From the NCBI GenBank assembly GCA_002633005.1, contig NMRA01000352.1, positions 412,744 to 476,743 of the forward strand: a stretch of 64,000 nucleotides of DNA, read 5' to 3'. Below are positions 38,483 to 51,879 of the stretch, one piece after another. Made by a program: the position numbers and the translations under genes. The notes beneath the pieces were generated by a model that worked only from the letters and a program-made list of their open reading frames with translations, did not search any database and was not told the DNA's origin. The stretch's first letter is position 1; the number at the start of each line of letters is the position of its first letter. The DNA is from Phoronis australis (taxonomy: Eukaryota > Animalia > Phoronida).

Positions 38483-41400
38483 ATGGAACTTGAGGATAAG
38501 TGCCTGCTGATGTTTGTAGAACAGCTGCTGCTGCTCCGGGGTTAATTTAGACAATTGACCTTGGATCTTCTCCCGCTGCTCTGGGGTCAGGTTTATACTA
38601 ATAGTCTGGTTACCTACCTAGAGAAAGAGAAAAGGGAGGAGTTGACATGAGTGACATGCAATACTAGCAGTCTGGTTACCCACCTACTACCAGAAAGGGG
38701 AGGGGCTAACTTGAGTGACAAGCGATACAGTCTTGCCACTCGCTCAGACAGAACAGGGTGGAACAAAATTCATGAAAATACAGTCAAATCGCAAAAATGC
38801 CAAAGAAATATGCTCTGTGGTATTTCATACGCAAACTTTTATGAGAAATTTATAGCAACTACTTAAAGGGTAATATTTATTCTTTTGTCAAAAAACAAAT
38901 TTCGACTTAGGTCACTTACTGAATACCAAATCAGTTTCATCGTGATCTGAACTCGGATGAGAAATAATTTCTGGCCTTGAGAAGAACAGAACAGGCTCAT
39001 GGAGTTTGCTTGTCATGGCGGGACAGATACCGAAACAGGACACAAGGACATACCTTAGCGGTCACACAAAACAACTCAGTTTCGAGCCGGAAGTCAAAAT
39101 TTCACCAGTTCTGTCGACCAGCTGGCGATCAAGCTTTCTAGTTAGAAATAATAACTTAGTTTCTAAGCATTCCTGAAACCTAGTTGACATGCACAAGTGA
39201 AGTAAGACGATTGTGCGAATGACTATTTCCCAGTCAAACACATTTAATATCTTTTCGACAGATGGCATATCGTGGGAATGATCCAACCATATTTGGGCAA
39301 AACCAGTATTTTTTGTTCATATCCGACTACATCCCAGCAATTTCAAAGTCAAATTTGAATAAACGCGGCATTTTACGGCAGTAGGCGTATCATGCAGTCT
39401 CATGATCAGTCACGGCGCAGCTAGATCTAGGCCAATTTAGACACATCTACGCCAATCAAAACTTGGAGCGTTTGCTTGTTGTATAGAACCGGAAATGAGA
39501 GGCGAAGTTGACAAATTGTTCAGTACATTCTGTGGTGTTTTGTAGCTGGGGTTTCAGATCCTCGTAATTATCATGAGCATTATGAAGACAGCAAGCCTGC
39601 TCGATCGTTTCAAAACTCTTGGACAGTGAACAGGCCGTCTGCTTACAGACATGAACACCGACTGCAAGAAATACACCATTTTCCAGTAAAAAAGTTACTT
39701 TAGACTTGTACGTCACGTTTTGTTTATTTAGGTACAATTCTAGACAAGGAAACAAATATTTTACTGAGAGTGACTGACTTCAAATTTATTAGTGGGTTTG
39801 CAGCGGGCATATTCAAGTAGACAGCAAAATGGGCGTTTTTTTGATTTGGCCTATATGCTGCTTCCATTTTTTGAAAGTAATGATTAGTGCCTACTTTATT
39901 TTTTTGTCAAGATGAAGCACACAACAGAAGAATTCTGTTGCAGGAAATGAAATTTTTCCATGACAGGGCGATTGCCTCTTGACAACTGACTGGGATCGCA
40001 AAAACAAACCATGATTGAAGCTGAACGCAGAAAATGCAAAACATTTTTTATGTTTTGTACTACGGTACTACCATTGTTGAAAAACGAAGAATTTGAAGTA
40101 TTGGCAAGACCTGGGCCCGGTCTCCAATCTTTTTACTCGAAATGGAACTCGAAATTAGGTTTGGCATTTTCTACTCTACTTTTGGGCGAACTCAAGATAA
40201 GTGTCTATTATTCTATGCTCGAGTACACAATAACTTATGTAGATAATTTATTGCCCTAAGTTCACAGTTTGTAAACCCAATATTAAAGCAATAAGTTCAA
40301 GTTTGAACTCGAAATTTCGAGTTTTTACTCGAGTTTGTAGCACGAATATAAGGGCCTTCAAGGGCAAACTTGAACTAGAAACTCCTATGCATAAACTTAT
40401 AATGTATTCGAGCACAGTCTGATAACCAATTACCTTAAGTTCGCACAAAAGGAGCAGAGAAATTGCCAAAAATAGTTTCGAGTTCATTTCGAGTACAAAG
40501 ATTAGAAACCGGGCCCAGATTAGTTTGTCACGAATTCAGTGACTTTTGAATTTAATTGCACATGAAAATGAATCATTTTCTGAAAGGACGACTCTGTTCA
40601 CTGCATGGCTCCTGCAAACTTACTCAAATTGTACGTTTTCCTTTTACAAATAAACTTTTCTTTATGTTTATCGAAAATTATAGTTAAGTATGATCATCGA
40701 TGGAGGTTGGTACTTNGAATGAAAAACACCAGTGTCCTGGGGTGAGTACACTCTCCTTGCGCAGCCTAGCCGTAGCTTATTTTAGGCGATTGAGTACACC
40801 CAACGCATTTTAATAGGATAATAGGCTTGTCGGCTGACCTCGCCTAGCGCAGGATAAGGGTTAAGATGTGACTCGGTTATGTTGGGCGTTCATGTGAAAG
40901 TCGCAACTATTCTTTAAAAAATCAGGGCCTTTTAGTCTGGTCTCCTAAGATTTGACAGCTAGAGGCCAGGTTGGTGACTAGCCTGTTTTAGTTAAGGTAT
41001 ATCCCTGCCAGAACATCCTTAAAAGCAGCTTTAAACACAAAACGTTAAGTAGAATAGAGCTCAAAATCAGGGTCCTTAAAATCTTAAGAACTTGTTACAC
41101 ACCAATTTTCCATGGTGTGTTCTTGTTTTCAAGTTCTGAAAACTTTGCGAAGACCTGCGGCTTATTTTTTGAGTTCATCCTTGGAAATAAAACTGCAAGA
41201 CCAGTCACCCCACCAAATAAACCTCAACATATACAAGGGGGAATCAACAATTGATTGGACTTCAAAACCACTTGCCCGGACTTCAAAAACCAGCTGGCTG
41301 GACAGCAAAACCCAATGACCAGTGTTCTAACTTGGTGGTCAGACCTCAGAATGTGACGTCTGGCACCTCAGTCCCACATGAATGCACCCAAAAAACAACT

Positions 41401-44400
41401 GGTTGGACAGACCTAAAACTGGTTGGCAGGTGCTCACTATGGCTGAACAAATCACCAGCCAACTGGTTATAGCACCAGCCATCATGTTTTGGGTGGAGCC
41501 AACTACTTTTTTAGGTGACATGTACGTTTTGATGTCCGGACAACACGTTTGGACACTTGCCCTTTGGTTTTGCAGTCCACAAGTTTTGAAGTCCAGGCAA
41601 TAGTCTGGTGTGACAGAGTGTGTACGGTCTCGTCAAGACTGTGCATTTGAAAATGCACTCTTGCTGCAAACTTCTCGACACCAAATCCAAGCACAATTTT
41701 GACAGCAAAATGAGACCTTACCTTAATCTGAGTAAGCAGTGGGGGTTTATCAGTCACCCCGGAAACGGGAGTTGCGCCCGCGCTGTTACCAATGGTTCCC
41801 GACTCTGACTTGCCCAGAAGTGACATCAAAATGTCTCCACTTGTGAGTTGTGTTGCTGTAGGACTGGAAACGGCCGTGGGTGTGGCCTGCGAACTTGAAA
41901 GTATTTTTTGCCGTACAGATTGTAACTTCTGGATAAGGTTGGCCTGTTCTGGGGTCGGGTTACCAAGGGAGCTCAACTGCCTAAGCTGGTTTTGAATTTT
42001 TGCCAGAATCTGATGGTTTTGAGTGACCGGTTGTTTGGCATCCAACACTGTAGGTGTCACCGGTGACTGGACTCCGCTTCCATTCATGCCAACTGTAAGA
42101 CACGTGGGAATGTTAGTGAAAATAGTCCCAGCCTGACCCTGAACAGGAGCTATGCTGCTCAGTTCAGTCTTGACTTCTGTCAATGTTGAACCAGCCTGGT
42201 TAGTTGTAACCTGTCTCGAGGAAGCACCATTGTCAATCATTTGAGATGATTGCTGACTAGAAGTGTTCAAAGTTGTCGAGGTCACTGGAGTAGGAATGAC
42301 AGTTGTTGGTTTAATGACAGGCTTGGGTTGTACTGGTCGTTTGCTACTGATCACACTAATGCCAGGAATCTTCTTGAGCTGCTCGAGGTTAAGCCCTTGC
42401 AAAGACTGTAAGTTGACACCATGTGGTATGCTTAGGGTCACAGCTCCTTGGGCAGCAGCGGCAGTCTGCATGGACGGCTGACTAGCGTTAACCGTCTGCT
42501 GCCCATTCACTACCGGAGAGCCAGTGGACACAGGTAAAGACTGAAACGGCGCCGAGCTCGGTGCGACAGCCCTAACAAACACGTTTGGTGACACACCCCT
42601 TTGGATGACAACGGGCTGGGCAGGTGATGTGAAGTTGGCCAGTCTGACAGCAGGCTGGCCAGCAGCTGTTGTCTGTAGACTAATGCCTGTGGTTGAGCTT
42701 GTATTCACCTGAGGTTTTATGGCTATCTGCGCCAGGGTCTGGACAGGAGTACCGCTCGCAGACCCTGAAATGTTTGATGGCTGACTCCGAATGGCAATTT
42801 GCGGCTGTCCATTGCCATTCACAGCTGTCGCAGTACCGAGCTGATTTCCCTGGATGAGTATCTTACTGCCAGTCGAAGTCTGGATAACAGTTCCTTGTAG
42901 TGCAACTGGCTGAGAAATGCCAGGCACATTGGCGAAAATATTGACATTGTTCGACACGTTAGGCTTGGACAGGAACGTCACACCCTGTGGGTGGCCAACG
43001 ATTTGTGAGTTCACATTTACGCTGCCAACTGTGGAAGGATTCGGCGAACCTTGCCTCTCCATAGTCACCGTATTGCCTTGTTGCGGCAAAATTTTCACTG
43101 GAGTTCGTACACTTGTCCCGAGGTTGACATGCGATACTTGCACCTTGTTTTGGTTTGTGTTCAGTACTGGCTGAATACTGACTCCCTGAGGCATCAAGGC
43201 CACGTTAGACTTTGGTAGAGACATAGCTCCAGGAAACAGCACCCCACCCACTGGTTGATGGACTGTGGAGCCCACAGACAGTGCAGGTGGCAGCCCAATG
43301 GGGGCACTGCTGGTGACAGTGGACACTTGAATACTTTTTGATAGCACGATGGAAACGTTGGAGCCATCTGCTGGTGAAGCTGAGGAACTACAAAGGAGAG
43401 AAGGCATTTCTAATATCACTTTAAATACAACTGTATTCAGTTCTTGACTACAGTAATTCTTCAGGAATTACACAAAAAAATTCCAAAGTTGTCATTTTCC
43501 TGTTAATAAAAAGCTGGCCACCTAGCTACATATTATCAAAGTTTTTGTTTTACAGTCAGAAAAATGCTGATAAACTACTAGACAAGAGGAACGTGAAGCA
43601 TTAAAATGCATCCACAACTGCAACGTAAAAGTGTTTCTGGCAAGTGTTGTCAAAACAAAACTTTGACCAACATAATCAAGAACTTTTTAAGGAGCTTTGA
43701 GGGAAGTTAACGGTACTCTTGATGCAAATTTAAGGTCATTATAAAACACCTAAATTGCGAACTTTTACATGTTCAAATACTTAAATGCACAAAATACAAC
43801 TTTTAAGATTTTGACTGTAGGAAACAACCACATCAGAAGACAAAATAATCACTGGACAAGAAAGTTGTTTAAGATCTTAAAACTGTATGAAATTTACCAC
43901 TTAATCAAATGGCACCTCTCCTCAACCATGAAGAGAATTCCCATTTCAACAATGTATACTTCTTTGAGACAAAGAACAATGCTCCTGCATTTTCCAATTC
44001 AAGTCATGTACTTACGATCTTTCAGCCATGCCATATTGAACACAAACACCAACTTCCTTAATTTAAAACAGCATTGCTCAAAATAATTGATGTTACTTCA
44101 GTTCCATTTACTGATCCCTATTGGGCATAATACCATCAATGCCAAAAAAGCAACAAAGCTCTTGTTGGGCATGTGCTGCACCAGCCACGGGCAACACGTG
44201 TCAAAGCCCTCCATCCCTCAACTTTGGGGCCCAATATCCACTCTATTCTCCTCTGAAAAATATTGAAGAATCACGCGAAATTCTCCTCATGATGCCCAAA
44301 ATGAGGGATATACCCAGGTTTCAAAACCCTGCTCGCCAGAAAATCTACGCGCCCAGCCCTAAGTTCAATTGCCCCGCCGTTTCGCCACGGTCACCACAAA

Positions 44401-47400
44401 TTGCTGCCAATGTCAATAAAAATGATCGTTTCGTAAATTGATGTCACCATCTATTAGGGCTAGTATTGTTCTTAGAAAACGCAGAATTCCTACCAAGAAA
44501 CTTTCGACGTCGATGAATTCCCAGCAACGAAAAACGTAGCCTTGCTATGCGCCGATGTGGGACAAAGACTGACCAGGTAAATCTGACACAAAATCAGTGT
44601 CATTAAAAACTACGCTCTTCCTCGAGAACACTAAAATATTTACCGTTGTTGGAATAATTGGCATTCCACCATTATTTACAACTAAAATGCGGCACTATCT
44701 TTGCGTTGGCTTTCAGCGCCATGGGATATTGTGTTACCCATTGGCGAGTTTCTTTATTCGCCGATTCTTCAATCAACTGTAGTTCTTTCACGAGGTTGCG
44801 TACACCTCACAACAAATTATCGCAATTGGTTTCACTTCATAATAAGCAAACAAAATTTCAGAGCAAATTTTGCCGTCGTCTTCTCCCGAGAGACAGAGAT
44901 GTTGTAAGACTTTAGGAAATGGCGCGTGTCACAAGCATACTGTTTACAAAACGACGACCTACTTTTCTTTGTTACAAAAGGCAGGGAATAACCCAAGAAA
45001 ATGATGTTTATTAGATTGTTCTTCATTTAAACAGCAAGGTGAGTGACTCCAAGATTTTGCATGTACCCCTGCCAGTCTTTAGGTCTACATGCTGATACTC
45101 GTTTCATGGCGAGGTGACGAGCAGAACTACCCGGGCTGTGTGCAATTTTGAGGACTGTCGGAGCTCAACACAGTGGTACCACAGGCACTTGAGTTTATCT
45201 GTTCCTCGATCACCTCTGACGTCACTCACTGTGTTTATACTTTCTTTTTGTTCTGCTGCAGTTTGCTTAGAAGGACGGACTCCTTCTAAAAAAACTCCAT
45301 ATTGTTACGCTTGACAAATGAAAATGAGAACACCCAAGAGATGGCACATGCACCAGTTGTGCACAAGTCAACGTGAATATCACGATTCTGCCTCGTGCGG
45401 GATGGGAATAACTTGCAAGTGGCCACACCAAGAAACATTGTGCTATATTATTAAATCATGACATGGCTAGACCAAAATACGGAAAACCCTTTGCACCTGG
45501 AAATCTCATGGCTGCACCAACCACGTATGATCAATCTAGCTAAAAATTGCGATTTTTTATTTTACAAATGACGATAACAAGGACAACTACTTTAATTTTC
45601 ATGTGTTTTCAGTGTTATTACTCATAAAATTATCTTTGTTAAAATTACATTGTAGAATAAGAAGACAGTTCCAAGAAATAAGGCATTTCACTTGCTGTGA
45701 GCACATGCACCAGTCTAACTTATTTCCCTCTTTTCCTTCATTTCGGACTAGTCCACCTTTGTGCAGGACCCACCACACGTCGCACTCACGGTGACCTTTT
45801 GTCTAAACGAATCGCATAACGGTTAGATCTACTGTGCCGATGTTTTTTAATGCCGGAGCATCAACACGCGGACCAAACTTAACCTTAAATTCATGATAAA
45901 AACAACACGGAGTAGAAAATATATTCATTTCCATCTGAGAAACGATAGAGTGCTTTTGCACTCTGAAAACGTGCTCTCCACCTGGGCGACCGGCAAGTGA
46001 ACTTTTACTTGCCCAGCACCATTTTTACTCGTATTGGTGACTGCTCGAGAGGCTAAGTATATCCATGCAAAATTACCCTCAAGTGATGTAAAAACTCCCC
46101 TCAAGGTTCGAATCACTTGTAACTCACATAGGTGACAATTTGTCAGAGCCTGTGAGGGTGGGGTGCTATTGATGATGATCGGGAGGTAGAATTTTCTCCA
46201 TACCCCAAAATATTCCCCTCTCAGAAGCTACAGGCACTTTTCCTCAAGGATGAATGAGGACCCTGCATTTCTTGAGCTTTCGTGAGATGTTTCCATCTGA
46301 GATTTTAAGTTTAAATAGGATACCATCGTGAATGTACATTGTATCACAAAAAAGGTTGCCGTTCAGCTGCACTAAAAATTAACATTAACACCGTTATACA
46401 ACTGGGTGCCAATCAAAAACTATTGTCTTATAAGTAAACAATTGGAATTAAATATATAATAAATTCTGTAATTTCCCTGGCCCTATGGGCTGAAACCATC
46501 CAATGCCCACCCGTAACACAAACCATATACAGCCGAACACTAGTAGTGATTTAAAGTTATTATAATACTGAAGTTTTCTTACCCTGGGATCAGGGGTCGA
46601 CCATTGCTGTTGTTGTCACCAACCAACGGGATGTCTTTGGACAGGAAGTCGGTCAGGGCATTTTCATCACTACAATGTAACACATGTATACAACTAAAAG
46701 ACGATGATAAGACAAATATCTTGGCTTTAGATATTCATGGGATGATCAAAATACAGCTTTTTACAGTAACTCGTAGTTTTTGAATTTGGGACAGCCAACA
46801 TTACTTACTTCTAAAACCTGGAAAAAGATACATGCGAAATAAATTTATTTTCACTGTCCCAAACTGGAAACTTTAAATCAGGGCTCAACATAACGACCTG
46901 AAATTTGGAAATGCGAGCTGAGATTTTTGTCAGCTCGTAACAAGTCGCAAAATGCGACATGGAATTTCCAATGTATGCGAGCTGAGTTTTTACACTTCTC
47001 GGCAGATAGCTGGCAAATATAAAGCAACTCTTGTTAACCCGACCGTTATTTGGTTGTTGCCAAATCCAAGTCCAGAAGAACACTAACTGAGAACAGCCCT
47101 CCCGATGACTTGTTCCAGTCACGTGAACATGGGATATGCAGAATCGATCTTTGACACGTTTCATTGGCTACCATTTTCGGCCACTTTTGCAAATTTTCCG
47201 GATTCGCCGAAGGAAGTTTCGGGCCACAGCATAACACAGGATAAAACGTCTCAAAACAGCGGTGTTTCTACTAATTCTTAAGCGATCAACATACCAAACT
47301 TTGAGGTGGACAAATATGTTTATGTCCTTATTACATGTACCAAATATCCACGACAATATCCCTGATATCGCACTGTGGCACTGGTCGGTTGCGTATATAA

Positions 47401-48491
47401 CGCACTAGTGGTCCCGGAAGACAATGGTGACTTAGAGATGTGCGTCCCGTTTTTTTATCACATAAGACAGCCTAAGTGAAAAGGGCAACTCTATTAATTG
47501 CCAAACGACGACCACGTCTTCTCTTTCAGTTGCCAAGATTCTCAACCCCTTTACTTGTTTCTGGGGCTACGTGTGCGAAATATGATCTGTCTTTCACACA
47601 TTATTGCCAACGTAAAGTGTAGGCCTACTCCAGCTCATGCATGTGCACCCCTTCAAAGCTGCACATCAAAAGAGAACAGTGACAATCCTAAATGAAAGAG
47701 TATACCGGCTTGGCTCTGTTAAGCACCCGTGTACATGCCAGTGGTTTATTTGAACATGAGATCATATATTCCCGGCAGTTATAAAAGACCCGATGCTTTA
47801 CGATATTCCCCGGGACCGATATATGGTAAACCAGAACTGATATTTTCCAGTGACGAAGTTTCCCAAGGTCGATGTTCCCTAAACCCTATATTCTATGCCC
47901 ATAGCCAGCCATTGCAACTAATCAGGTACTAGATGCCAAATTGTGGTTAGTGACCTTTTTATTCATTTCTTCATACATTCCCCCCCCTCCTACCCCCCCG
48001 CCCGCCCCNATTTTAATAACGTCGAGCCCTGTAAATGTAATTGCAGTGCCATTCGTGATAAACGAGACGAGAATGATTCAAGCAAGCATGCTTCTTTTAT
48101 CTATTAACAGTTGCTGGTGATGGTAATGCTGTCCACCAGGTGTCGCCACATGATTACATGACAAGAAGGTACCGTTGTAATTTCTTCCTCATGGCAAGTA
48201 TAAATATAGGAGACAGTGAGGCTCAGTAGTTTCAGCTCAGAACTTCCATTTGGCAGACCCCAATTCATATCCTGGCTTTACTGGCAGACCATCGAGCATT
48301 GCACAAAAGTGTCTTGTGCTCATCCAAGCTCGGTCTTAGTAGTGAATGTATGCAAGGGCCGTATACCTGGATATCATGTGAAAGCAATTAATTACTGGAG
48401 GTGTGCTAAGATTTTTTTTGTACACAACACTCTATGTATTCAATAAATTGACATACTTGATAACGTCCAACAGGCATCGCCCATCCTCCAT
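26621..48491 (-). CDS. BICRA: BRD4-interacting chromatin remodelling complex-associated protein (BICRA/GLTSCR1 family, ncBAF subunit), about 1201 aa
   Basis: Join of complement 48457-48491, 46583-46669, 41722-43387, 38396-38617, 33487-33602, 32887-33035, 32047-32141, 29402-29504, 26621-27753 = 3606 nt, in frame. N-terminus MEDGRCLLDVINDENALTDFL resembles vertebrate MDDEDGRCLLDVICDPQALNDFL. GLTSCR1 domain: QENVISPDCTTPF..ESCKRLLRYHIF..ADESFEEMSEELIEKKNNLFERYRHLL..RAVPSPEMVLVHR. C-terminus DLDAAVKSILM. Confidence 0.92.
29402..29504 (-). CDS. BICRA: BICRA GLTSCR1-domain exon c
   Basis: RAVPSPEMVLVHRLLHSDIKNKLEQERQSPPQDP. Confidence 0.9.
30780..31335. repeat. Interspersed repeat, homologous to about 44590-45180
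   Basis: Shared blocks GGAAATGGC..GCGTCAC, TTTGTTACAAAAGGC, GAGGTGACGAGC..ACCCGGG..GGAGCTC..ACA..TGGTACC. Confidence 0.6.
31422..31574. mobile_element. MITE CAGGGGCGGATCCAGG...AAATCCGCCAATG
   Basis: TIRs; 5-bp TSD ACATC on both sides. Confidence 0.7.
32047..32141 (-). CDS. BICRA: BICRA GLTSCR1-domain exon b
   Basis: ADESFEEMSEELIEKKNNLFERYRHLLWSDCM; donor gtgagt. Confidence 0.9.
32228..32461. mobile_element. hAT-like MITE (CAGGGCTTG...CAAGCCCTG)
   Basis: TIRs visible; homologous to the copies at 1400 and 25727. Confidence 0.6.
32487..32692 (+). mobile_element. tRNA-derived SINE
   Basis: GAGGCAGTG..CCTAGTGGGATAAG (A box-like), GGTTTGAGGCCC (B box-like), conserved body. Confidence 0.6.
32887..33035 (-). 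CDS. BICRA: BICRA GLTSCR1-domain exon a
   Basis: IVRQLGKDQENVISPDCTTPFRTRQESCKRLLRYHIFNMKDHPEEAFKS. Confidence 0.9.
33487..33602 (-). CDS. BICRA: BICRA exon
   Basis: PAKVFTVVRPSNQVANKQDISRLKRPPMLPNTPSNRGS; tttcag acceptor, gtaagt donor; phases fit both neighbours. Confidence 0.8.
34141..37995 (+). mobile_element. pearl/HINE-like element interrupted by an unrelated insert (about 35301-36750), followed by a tandem 3' partial copy
   Basis: 5' end AACAAGAGCAATGCGGAGCG..ATGCGCCCAC at 34141; 3' hairpins ending GTGGGCGCAT near 37135 and again near 37990. Confidence 0.72.
38396..38617 (-). CDS. BICRA: BICRA exon with polyQ tract
   Basis: VGNQTISINLTPEQREKIQGQLSKLTPEQQQLFYKHQQALILKFH(Q)10K...; ctctag acceptor, gtaatt donor. 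Confidence 0.87.
38453..38482 (-). repeat. Coding (CAG)10 polyglutamine tract in BICRA
   Basis: Uninterrupted CTG repeat on +, Q10 in the exon. Confidence 0.9.
40111..40518. mobile_element. PIF/Harbinger-like MITE with long TIRs
   Basis: CTGGGCCCGG...CCGGGCCCAG ends with more than 100 bp of imperfect inverted repeat. Confidence 0.65.
41722..43387 (-). CDS. BICRA: BICRA large low-complexity (S/T/Q/P/V-rich) exon
   Basis: Inside the 638-aa ORF 41503..43419; acceptor ctttgtag, donor gtaagg. Confidence 0.9.
44590..45180. repeat. Interspersed repeat, homologous to about 30780-31335
   Basis: Same block order as the sister copy. Confidence 0.6.
46583..46669 (-). CDS. BICRA: BICRA coding exon 2
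   Basis: DENALTDFLSKDIPLVGDNNSNGRPLIPG; ttgtag acceptor, gtaaga donor. Confidence 0.88.
48457..48491 (-). CDS. BICRA: BICRA first coding exon
   Basis: MEDGRCLLDVI(N); donor gtatgt; upstream acceptor gives exon start 48527. Confidence 0.88.
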
Positions 48492-49332
48492 AACCGACAA
48501 CTCATTGGACCATTGCTTGGTGCAAGTCTAAAAAAAGTAAAATCACTACATACATGACAAAATACGAGACAAACTACAGCTGTTTTGAATTTAAAAAGTT
48601 GGTGAATTTCGTCAATTCTTGTCTGGTTTCAAACTGTGACAAAAACGCTGAGGAAAACAGATGAAAAACACTTGAATCACAAATGTTGGCTTCAAACTCA
48701 GTTCCTTTTTCAAGAGGGCATACCTCACCAACTCTTTTTGAAAATTTAACTGCAAGTACACCACAGTTAATATCTTACAACAAGAAAAGTGAATTTCTCG
48801 GCATACTTTGCTTTGACTAAGTTGTTGTCAACTCTTCACAGACATCACTTTACCATTTACAAAAATCGACCAAATGTGTATGGATGCATCACAAGCACAT
48901 AATTTTGAAATTGACGACGAACTATTCTTTGGCGGCACGTAAGCCACTCTCCCACATAAGCCTGGTCAACCTTAACTGGTTCCCGACAACATCTTAATTC
49001 CCAAAAATCATTCAGATGTCACAACATGCAGTCCAGTGCTTTCGGAAAGGGACAATGATGGAAGAACAAATAATGTTAATGAAATGTGTTTATTTTAAAC
49101 AGCTTAAAACACAAATTTGATAGAGGGGGTCAACTTGCATTTTTGCCTTGGGCACTAATGTAATAATGTTTTCACTTTTTCACATTTGCTAATTGGACCA
49201 TGATTCAAAGGTTACACACTACACACATATAAACATTTTTATAGACTGTCATATCCCATGAACACAGACTACATTTGTGAATGTGAAGGGTAATTGGGAT
49301 CAGCTGCAAAACTGACGACCCCCCATTCAACA

Positions 49333-50029
49333 CACAGGCATCCTCAGCTTCTGATTATCCCCAATACACTACATACCGGTATTATACTACAAGGTACGAC
49401 ACTCGGGACTAGAAATTCCACGGGTGCTTCGATTCAGCCGTCCATATCAAACACATATAACTCAATAAATTTACACAAAACAGTGGTTCAACAAACCATG
49501 AGCAATTGTTCTTTCTTATGATACCATTCACGGTGTCTTGCTCCTGCTTGTTCGCAAGAAATTCGCAGTCAATTAAGCACAAAAATGTTCCCAAAAAGCC
49601 CAGACACACCTCGCACCTTGATGGATCGAGGTCAAGGACGGAACGAAAATTACCGATGAGTTACGGATGGAAGGCTAAGTGTAGAGTTATCAACATCGTG
49701 ACTTTACGCGACAAACCGGCAATTTCCGTACCATCCTTGACATGAACCGTCAAAGTGCGAGGTGTCTGGCCTTTTTGGGAACATTTTTGTGCTTTGACTG
49801 CAAATTTCTTGCGAACTCGCTGGAGCACGACATCGTGAATGGTAATATAAGAAAGATCAATTGCTCATGGTTTGTTGAACCCCTGTTTCGTGTAAATTTA
49901 TTGAGTTATGTGTTTGATATGGACGGCTGAATCAAAGCACCCCTGGAATTTCTAGTACCGAGTGTCATACCTTGTAGTATTATATATGTATAGTGTATTG
50001 GGGACGACCAGGAGCTGAGGACGTCTGTG
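49333..50029. mobile_element. Mini-MITE of the 17982 family containing a ~600-bp long-TIR foldback (about 49386-49979)
   Basis: Outer TIR CACAGGCATCCTCAGCT/AGCTGAGGACGTCTGTG with TSD ATTCAACA/ATTCAGCA; inner TACTACAAGG...CCTTGTAGTA with ~240-bp arms. Confidence 0.75.
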
Positions 50030-51879
50030 ATTCAGCATGTCTTTTTGGTAGGATGCCTTGAACGTCAGAGTCGAAAGTAAAGTCATTAACCTTGCAATTT
50101 CACGATGGGGCCAATATACAATCTAGGCAAGCTCAAAATGTCTGAATTTGTGAAAGTGAACAAAAAATTGGGACAAGAACTCGGATGTCACAAGCTAGAG
50201 AACTTGTGGTGCCTAGGGTGGAAAATCCATGACCACAGGCCATACATAGCAATGACACTTGAAATTTGAAAAAACAGACATGAATCATAAAATCCATTAA
50301 TTGTGATGCGGTAAATATGTCAGGTCGACCCGCTATGACCTACGTTGAATCTTGGCGTTTGTTTGTTGTTGCTCTCGCAAATCCAACAGACTGCATGGAT
50401 TGGCATTTTCTTGTGGCACAGAAAGAACATTGTGAAACTCGTAAAGGTGTAACAATGAGTTTAGTTCAGGTGGCAGCAAAACTACGTAGTCTAAATGTGT
50501 TCGTGACTGCGCCACTCAACTTGGCTACATTCAATAGTCACCACAGGCCCATAGACCTACTCATTTTACAGCCAGATTACACTTTATTGACATAGTATGC
50601 ATCCGCCAACAGAAACACAACCATTGATCATAGGCGTGGACACCAAGGAAACCACCTTATACATAGACAGACTTCATTGTTTGGGCATTAGTGTACAGAT
50701 TTGTAACGTCCGCAAACTCATCGCTACACACATCTGAATTTGAACTGAAAATATGCGGTGAGAACAAAGCCTAGAGACTTGTTTAAGGTCCGACATAATC
50801 TAAGCGATTCCCCCCGTATTCGTAGCAGTTTAAATGGTCAAAATCGGTACATTTTAAGCTGTAAAAACGTGTCATTTAGTTGTCAGCAACATCAACGAGT
50901 GTTTCCCCAGAAAATTTTATCAGCCAAATAATATTCTGAAAACACTCACCAACAGTTTAATGTTCGCTGCAATTGGGGTTTCCCGCGGAAATTCACGCGC
51001 CTGGTTCAACTTTGACCCCTTCTCCGCCCTGATATAATTTCGATAATAAACGTTAGAAGGCGGCACAAGACGGTCACCGCGAACTAACAAATGGTATAGA
51101 AAACTAGTGCCATACCTCTGTTCCTTTTTGTTAGTAACCAATCACTTGAGTATGTAATAATGATGGAAGACGGAGCCTTGTAACGGACAAAAGCATAAAA
51201 ATAACTAACAAAAACCAATCACTTCACAATTATCACCAAACGTTTCTGAAACTTGCAATTCGGTTATATGCTCCCTAGCTCGGGGAGCAGGGTGCCGCAA
51301 ACCGGCAGCGGGCGCGGCCTTCACTGATGAAGTAGAATAAACGCCTACTACTTCGATCTGACCCCCGGAGCACTTAGCTTCCATCTCAGTACGTACATAA
51401 ATGGATGCCTGCCGTTGTCTACGATCTGTTTGTGACCCATGCGGACCTTACAAGGGTGCAAATCAGCTAGATATTCGACTCCGCCAGGTGCGGATCCAGC
51501 CGGCCGGGATTCCGCGGAACCGTTGCATTCGATCGAGTCAACTTGGACCCTTTTCCGCCCTGGTAATAAGAATGTGTTCATTCGCAATCGAACTAATTAT
51601 AGATAATTTACATTCATTAAACCCTAATTGACCTGTATAATGGCTCGCCGTCCGACGGTCAGAAGTCTTGCAACGAGAGTATGGCAAACTTTTTATACTA
51701 CAAGAATGGCAAAACAGAAACCTACATGGGCCAGTTCGTGGGAACAAAACACTCATTGTCTCACATGGTGTCAATTGTATTCGCTTACAGTGCTAACATA
51801 CCAATCTTGATGATAGACTCGGACCTCGATCGAATCGGGAAAAAAATAGAAAAGGAAACGACTTGGAAGAGCTGTTAAT

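Noticed and set aside
51320-51362. CTGATGA followed by a hairpin (hammerhead candidate)
   Set aside because: No GAAA box after the stem, so the catalytic core is incomplete.
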